This document shows, one piece after another, positions 58,645-64,000 of a stretch of DNA of 64,000 nucleotides. The stretch lies in assembly GCA_046116545.1 (NCBI GenBank), contig CP175956.1, positions 1,558 through 65,557 of the forward strand, read 5' to 3'. The stretch's first letter is position 1, and each line of letters starts with the position of its first letter. The position numbers and the translations under genes are program-made. This DNA is from Candidatus Moraniibacteriota bacterium. GTDB taxonomy: Bacteria > Patescibacteriota > Minisyncoccia > Moranbacterales > GCA-2747515. The notes below the pieces were generated by a model. It was not told where the DNA came from, did no database searches, and was given only the letters and a program-made list of their open reading frames with translations.

Positions 58645-58689
58645 AAAAGTGATATTGCAATTTTGCAATATCACTTCACTCAAACCTTA

Positions 58690-59154
58690 TCACTCTTTCT
58701 GACGCATTACCCATGCAGCTCCATTTAACCATTCCTCTGATGGAAAATCGTCTATTTCTTCATTAAAACACTCTGAATCGATAGATTGCTCCCAATAGGC
58801 ACGCATCAAATATAGAACTCTCCTGTCATCTTTACTCCATGGATGTTCTCCTTCACTGATAAAAACTTCATTCATTAAAGCGTTAATCCGCTCAGTCTTT
58901 GTTAATATGACATTAGGAAACTCTTCATCATCTCCCTCAAGTCTATGAAACAAGTCTTGCATAGCCACTTTACTCATATATTTAGAGGCCATTTGTTTTA
59001 TCTGACAACTATCATCTTTAGACCGTAGCAATATCTCAACTTCTGAAAGTGTAAGTAGCGTATCCTCATCTGAGCTAGCTAAACATACACCTACGGTACC
59101 ATAAATCAGCATAAACACTGCCAAAACTACTTCAAACATCCTTTTCCCACTCAT
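58690..59154 (-). CDS. Hypothetical secreted protein
   Basis: 154-aa ORF with a signal-peptide-like N-terminus. Confidence 0.4.
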   Translation of the reverse strand: MSGKRMFEVVLAVFMLIYGTVGVCLASSDEDTLLTLSEVEILLRSKDDSCQIKQMASKYMSKVAMQDLFHRLEGDDEEFPNVILTKTERINALMNEVFISEGEHPWSKDDRRVLYLMRAYWEQSIDSECFNEEIDDFPSEEWLNGAAWVMRQKE

Positions 59155-59438
59155 TCAATTTCCTCCTTTCTTTTTTTAAATTCTTTCAACCATAATTTGG
59201 GAAATAACTTTATCCACACCATCGTTAGGACAGATAGAAAACTTATAATAAAAATCCACATGTATTCCCATGGAACCTTCTTGAATGTTTTAATCGCCAA
59301 TGACCAGACAATACTCAAAATACTAATGATAATTGTAAAGCATATTATTAACACGGGTGCTAATAATATATCTAACAACCAAAATGCAGTAGTATTATCC
59401 ATGTAACCCTCCTTTTTCATTGTTAATTTACTACTCAC
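59151..59438 (-). CDS. Hypothetical small membrane protein
   Basis: 95 aa with 2 TM helices; overlaps the downstream gene by 4 nt. Confidence 0.35.
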   Translation of the reverse strand: MSSKLTMKKEGYMDNTTAFWLLDILLAPVLIICFTIIISILSIVWSLAIKTFKKVPWEYMWIFIISFLSVLTMVWIKLFPKLWLKEFKKRKEEIE

Positions 59439-59584
59439 ACTTCACTCCAAAATGGAACTCAACGATTAATACTGTCATGATTTATATCCCATGTCAAGAC
59501 ATTTATTATTAAAATTAAAAAAAAGCAATTTGATAATTTTTATCAAATTGCTTTTGCACACTAACATCTTTTGACTCTTCTTAA

Positions 59585-59794
59585 TCATTGCTTCAACTTA
59601 CCTTCGTTAGAAGTATTTTTCTCTTTAATCATACCCTCAGCAAGGCAGATAAATCCACCAATAATACAAACGAGACCTGTTACCAATAGCATATTTTCAA
59701 ACATAGTCTCATTCTGTGTAACTGCACCAACAATGAATGATCCACAAAATACAAGAAGCATTACAATAACTGCAATTTTACCAAACATAGCCAA
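59585..59794 (-). CDS. Hypothetical small membrane protein
   Basis: 69 aa with 2 TM helices. Confidence 0.3.
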   Translation of the reverse strand: MAMFGKIAVIVMLLVFCGSFIVGAVTQNETMFENMLLVTGLVCIIGGFICLAEGMIKEKNTSNEGKLKQ

Positions 59795-59811
59795 TTCTCC
59801 ATCATTTAATT

Positions 59812-60051
59812 TTAACCAAATTGCGCCAAATACATTCCGACATCTTTTGGCTCTTTAACTGTATTTTCCTCATCAAAAAATACATCGCAAAATAGTGTTA
59901 CTGCCCCATAAAGTGATACAGATATAAAACATATCATAAACATAGAAACATAATAATCCCAAAGTAAACTACTAAATAATACTATTAGCACTTTCACTCC
60001 AGCACACCACAATACATATGCAATAAAAAGTTTTATTATTTTTTCCAACAT
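59812..60051 (-). CDS. Hypothetical small membrane protein
   Basis: 79 aa with 2 TM helices. Confidence 0.3.
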   Translation of the reverse strand: MLEKIIKLFIAYVLWCAGVKVLIVLFSSLLWDYYVSMFMICFISVSLYGAVTLFCDVFFDEENTVKEPKDVGMYLAQFG

Positions 60052-60221
60052 AATACTTTCCTCTCTAGTGAATTTTTCACATCACATGAATCATTATCTC
60101 CAACTTCCTGAGAAGTTGAATCAGCTCCATCTTTCCAACAGTATTTAATTGTCAGGAGTATTCCTACAATCCATACTGCTACATATATCAAAAATTTTAT
60201 TGTAACTATTCCATCAGGCAT
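60036..60221 (-). CDS. Hypothetical small membrane protein
   Basis: 61 aa with 1 TM helix. Confidence 0.25.
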   Translation of the reverse strand: MPDGIVTIKFLIYVAVWIVGILLTIKYCWKDGADSTSQEVGDNDSCDVKNSLERKVLCWKK

Positions 60222-60300
60222 ATTCCACTCCCTTTTTTAAGGTTCCTGTGTTATTATTCTTTTAAGGTACGATGTTTAAATATAGCATATTTTACACTTT

Positions 60301-61464
60301 ATGTCAAGTATAGAAAACTCATCTCAAATACGAAAAAATATTCTTTTTGTCACACGACCTCTATCTCCTCCATGGGATGAGGCTAGTAAAAACTTTGCTT
60401 ATAATTTGGCATGTAATATTACAAATCATAACATTACAATTTTAGTTGATGAATATATTGATGATGCTCCAAAGAACATTATCCAAAAAAAGATTTATTC
60501 AAATAACCATTTTTCATTCTTACAAAAAGTGCGTCTTTTAAGATATCTCAAAAAACATACGGAAGAATTCGATGTTGTGCATTTATTATTTACTCCAACA
60601 AAACTAAATAGCTGGTTGATGAAAAAAATATTACATCGTAGAGACGCGATTAATCGCGTCTCTCCCCAGCCACAAATTGTACAGACAGTAGCTACTCTAA
60701 GAGATGACTTATATTCAAAAGAAGAATTACAAGAAATGCTATTTGGTGATACTGTTGTCACATATTCCAAATGGGCTAACAACAAACTAAATATTCTTGA
60801 CTTTACTAATGCAAAACAAATTTATCCAGGTTTCAATTTATCAAAATATATCCCGACTGAAAAAAGTACGTCTTTAATGAAAAAATGGAATATCTCAAAA
60901 GATAATTTTGTAGTTACTTACCCGGGTGAATTTGTACGACTTGGGGCTACTGATACTATAGTTGAAGCATTTATTAAACTATGGAATAACCCCTCAAATG
61001 CACATATAAAATATTTATGTGCTTGCAGAATTAAAAATGAAAAAGATGCCCGGAAAAAACAAGAAGTTATAGAAAAAATAACTGCTGCTGGATATATTGA
61101 TAAAGTTTATTTCACTGATACTTTTTCTGATATGAATGCAGTGTATAATTTATCTGATACGGTCATTTTCCCTGTTGAAAATATGAATGGAAAATTTGAT
61201 GTGCCACTTGCAATGATAGAGCCTTACGCATGTAAAAAACCAGTTATAGCATCTGATCTCGAATTATTCAAAGAGTTTTCCAGTAATGAAATAAATGTTA
61301 TAATACCTGGAGCAAATTCCGATGCACTTATTGATGCAATTTTAAAATTAGAAAAAAATCCTGAAAAAAGAAAGTTACTTGGTGAGAATGCATTTACATT
61401 TGCACATGAAACATTTAATATAGAACGAGTAGCAACTGAATATACTGAAATTTATAATAGATAA
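60301..61464 (+). CDS. GT-B fold glycosyltransferase (group 1-like)
   Basis: 387 aa. The C-terminal half has a GT1-like pattern (DTVIFPVENMNGKFDVPLAMIEPYACKKPVIASD). Confidence 0.6.
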   Translation: MSSIENSSQIRKNILFVTRPLSPPWDEASKNFAYNLACNITNHNITILVDEYIDDAPKNIIQKKIYSNNHFSFLQKVRLLRYLKKHTEEFDVVHLLFTPTKLNSWLMKKILHRRDAINRVSPQPQIVQTVATLRDDLYSKEELQEMLFGDTVVTYSKWANNKLNILDFTNAKQIYPGFNLSKYIPTEKSTSLMKKWNISKDNFVVTYPGEFVRLGATDTIVEAFIKLWNNPSNAHIKYLCACRIKNEKDARKKQEVIEKITAAGYIDKVYFTDTFSDMNAVYNLSDTVIFPVENMNGKFDVPLAMIEPYACKKPVIASDLELFKEFSSNEINVIIPGANSDALIDAILKLEKNPEKRKLLGENAFTFAHETFNIERVATEYTEIYNR

Positions 61465-61480
61465 TCAATCAACCAATATT

Positions 61481-62998
61481 ATGAGCGATTCAACAAATAA
61501 ATATAAGAAAAATACAACAAAATTATCAGAACATCAATCAGATTTCAAAACAGATAAAATGAAAGTTCCTGCAAGATATTTCATGAGTGATGATCTTCTA
61601 CCGGACGAAGAAACATTTGCAAAATCAGAAGACATCGCTTCAAATGACGGCTTATTTCGTCATACAGTTGCTATGCCTGATGTTTCATCAAAGCCAGGTC
61701 GCAAAAATGCTTCTGGTACAACAATTGTTTCTGACGAATATATATTACCTCAAGTAAATGATTCTGATCCTAACTGTGGAATGCGTTTGGTAAAAACAAA
61801 TCTTCATGAAAATAATATCACAGAAGATGAAATACAAATGCTATTTGAACAACTTGTTCCAGCAGTTCCTACAAAAGCTTATGTGGGAACCAAGGTTCCT
61901 TTTGATGTAGTTACTGATATATGTCGCAAAGGGACTAGTGCTGCAATTGACTATTTAGACATTAAGACAAAAAATGAACTAGAAAATACTCAAAATGGAG
62001 GAAACTTCTTTAGCGAAAAATTATCTCGTCAAGATATTTTTGATGTGATCCCAAAGCTTTATTTACATATCGCAAAATACCGACTTGGACTACTAGGTGC
62101 TGCGGGAAATCATTTCTTAGACCTCATGAAAGTTACAGATATAGTTGATGAAGAAAACGCTAAAAAATTAGGTGTCCAAAAAGGTCAGTATTTATTCATG
62201 ATTCATACAGGATCAGGAATTCTTGGACAATATACAATGTATACACACACAGCAAAAAAACGAGAACATTTATCTCAATCGCTAATGGTTACACTTGGTA
62301 AAATGACATTCAATTCTCGTAAAAAAGATGTGTACAATGAAATGCAAAAAGCAATCAAAAAGCATATGGCTGGTGATGATTCATTACTTAAATATGATGC
62401 TAATGGACCAGATGGAAAACTATATATGACAGCACGAGCAGCTGCAAGTAACTTTGGAACAGCAAATCGCGCAACTATTACTCATAATATAAATAAAACA
62501 ATACAAGCAACTTTAAATAGAGATCCAGACTTAGATTTAATCTATGACATGCCACACATCTCTATAACCAATGAAAATCACTTTGGTGAAGATGTATGGG
62601 TTCACCGTTCAAACACATCTAGAGCTTACGGACCAAGTAAAATGGGTCACCATCCAATTTACAAAGAAACTGGAGAACCTGCATTCATCCCTTCATCAAT
62701 GAGCACCGATGCTTTTATCTGCGTAGGAACAGACGATAATGCAGAAAGCTTTTACTCAGCACCCCATGGCACAGGAAAAGGTGTAAATAGTGATGAAAAA
62801 GAAATATCAAACAAAGAAGAATTATTCGCTAAAATGGAAGAAAAAGGAGTACATTTGTACAACGCTAAATCATCAATAGTCTTGAACCAAGACTCAGCAA
62901 GATACAAAAATATTGGAAAAGTAATTGAGGGAGTCGAAGCAAATGGAATCGCAAAAGTAGTAGCAAAAATGCAACCAGTTAGTGTTATTGTGTATTAA
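61481..62998 (+). CDS. Divergent RtcB-family RNA ligase-like protein
   Basis: 505 aa. RtcB motifs present: DPNCGMRL, AAGNHF, MIHTGSGILG, ITHNINK, SAPHGTGKG. The N-terminal PDxHxGYG metal motif is degenerate (PDVSSKPG). Confidence 0.65.
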   Translation: MSDSTNKYKKNTTKLSEHQSDFKTDKMKVPARYFMSDDLLPDEETFAKSEDIASNDGLFRHTVAMPDVSSKPGRKNASGTTIVSDEYILPQVNDSDPNCGMRLVKTNLHENNITEDEIQMLFEQLVPAVPTKAYVGTKVPFDVVTDICRKGTSAAIDYLDIKTKNELENTQNGGNFFSEKLSRQDIFDVIPKLYLHIAKYRLGLLGAAGNHFLDLMKVTDIVDEENAKKLGVQKGQYLFMIHTGSGILGQYTMYTHTAKKREHLSQSLMVTLGKMTFNSRKKDVYNEMQKAIKKHMAGDDSLLKYDANGPDGKLYMTARAAASNFGTANRATITHNINKTIQATLNRDPDLDLIYDMPHISITNENHFGEDVWVHRSNTSRAYGPSKMGHHPIYKETGEPAFIPSSMSTDAFICVGTDDNAESFYSAPHGTGKGVNSDEKEISNKEELFAKMEEKGVHLYNAKSSIVLNQDSARYKNIGKVIEGVEANGIAKVVAKMQPVSVIVY

Positions 62999-63059
62999 AA
63001 CAAAAAAAAGCTCAATGCGTATTCACACATTGAGCTTCATTCATATACATCTATAACCT

Positions 63060-63464
63060 CTATTGAAGTTGATGTATAGGAGTTTGGGGTACAAATTGTA
63101 AAGACTTCCTGATATCTTCACCAGTAATCTTTCTCACATTCAACTTGGTTGTATCCATTTTTTCAAGCTTTATACCTTTCAAGGTAGATTCCTCTTGCTG
63201 AGCATCTGGATTTATCCAATTTGACCCAGAACAATCCTGAATAAAATTTTCGATACTCTGTCCATTTATTTCACTAACTTCCAAGTTCTTAATTTTCAGA
63301 GTTCTAACCATTATTGCATCATGCACATCTTCATCATTTTTTTTAGTTGGGCTCAATATAATAGCGGTACTCACAACCCCAATAACTAAACCTAAAATAA
63401 AAGAAAGAACTAAAGCATTTTTATCCATGTCAATCTCCTTTTTTTTAAAAAAACTACTTTTCAT
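63060..63464 (-). CDS. Hypothetical membrane-anchored protein
   Basis: 134-aa ORF with an N-terminal TM helix. Confidence 0.4.
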   Translation of the reverse strand: MKSSFFKKKEIDMDKNALVLSFILGLVIGVVSTAIILSPTKKNDEDVHDAIMVRTLKIKNLEVSEINGQSIENFIQDCSGSNWINPDAQQEESTLKGIKLEKMDTTKLNVRKITGEDIRKSLQFVPQTPIHQLQ

Positions 63465-63549
63465 TGTGTTAAATACAACGGTGAATTATAACACCTTTTA
63501 TTAGTTTTGTCAATAGCAAAGAGCCCCTCAAAGTGCTATACTAGCTTAA

Positions 63550-64000
63550 TGAGAATCATATCAATTTCAGGACTCGATGGTTCTGGTAAATCAACTCAAA
63601 TACAATTATTACAAGAATACTTTGAAAATAATAACAAAAAAGTATTCTATTTTCATGCTGTTGAGTTTTCTATTGCAAATAGATTGTCATTGCGAGGAGG
63701 TACGACGAAGCAATCCCCCTCAGCTATTGATAATTCTACTGAGATTGCCACGTCGCTAAACGCTCCTCGCAATGACAATACTAATATCACAAAAGCATCT
63801 TGGTTAAAAATTCAATTGCGCAAAATTGCACTGCTAATTGATATTTTTCGATTTAAATCACTTGTTAAGAAATTAGACCAGGATAATTACAATTATATTC
63901 TTACAGATAGATATTTTTACGATATGATTGTGAATATCACATATCTTTCAAAAAAAGATTATAAGCCATTTTTTTTATCAAAAATAACTGTTCCCAATTA
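63550..64000 (+). CDS. Thymidylate-kinase-like P-loop kinase (partial; runs off the window end) containing an embedded 95-bp inverted-repeat element
   Basis: MRIISISGLDGSGKSTQ (Walker A) ... ILTDRYFYD (DRY motif). Not in the ORF track because no stop falls in the window. Confidence 0.5.

Overview
This is a 64-kb AT-rich bacterial chromosome segment, with short genes, many small proteins and SD-like RBSs, reminiscent of small-genome Patescibacteria/CPR-type organisms (inference). The left half (about 2.0-29.3 kb) looks like an accessory/defence island lying between a large FISUMP-domain surface protein gene and tRNA-Asn. It holds an ICMT-like methyltransferase module flanked by 27-bp direct repeats. 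Next comes an array of about 12 small minus-strand genes, each with a near-identical promoter/terminator cassette and including three tautomerase-superfamily paralogues, a GNAT and a GlcG-like protein. This is followed by a tightly coupled five-gene operon of unknown function (Zn-ribbon proteins, a ComEC-like MBL-fold hydrolase and membrane proteins). A degraded prophage/satellite-like module follows: LexA/CI-like repressor, ParB-nuclease-DNA methyltransferase fusion, small and large terminase, large serine recombinase, and no structural genes. The island ends with two PD-(D/E)xK nuclease-fold proteins next to a Type I R-M system in which HsdM and HsdS are fused. The right half is core-like. 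It carries tRNA-Asn, a dnaG-rpoD operon whose sigma-70 has a Lys-rich tandem-repeat N-terminus, tRNA-Pro, and a second frameshifted paralogue of the surface protein sharing a roughly 0.9-kb near-identical 3' module with the first. Further right are an HD hydrolase, an orphan groES, an S41 C-terminal protease and a large cell-envelope glycosylation locus (GT2/GT4 transferases, LCP, an O-antigen-ligase-like protein, a UDP-sugar dehydrogenase, Nudix), followed by small membrane proteins, a divergent RtcB-like protein and a partial dTMP-kinase-like gene. Non-coding observations include two copies of a 70-bp element with terminal inverted repeats, recurrent hairpin families, a GC-rich stem-loop cluster at 51.7-52.1 kb and a possible structured leader at 21.1-21.3 kb. 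No rRNA or CRISPR array was seen.
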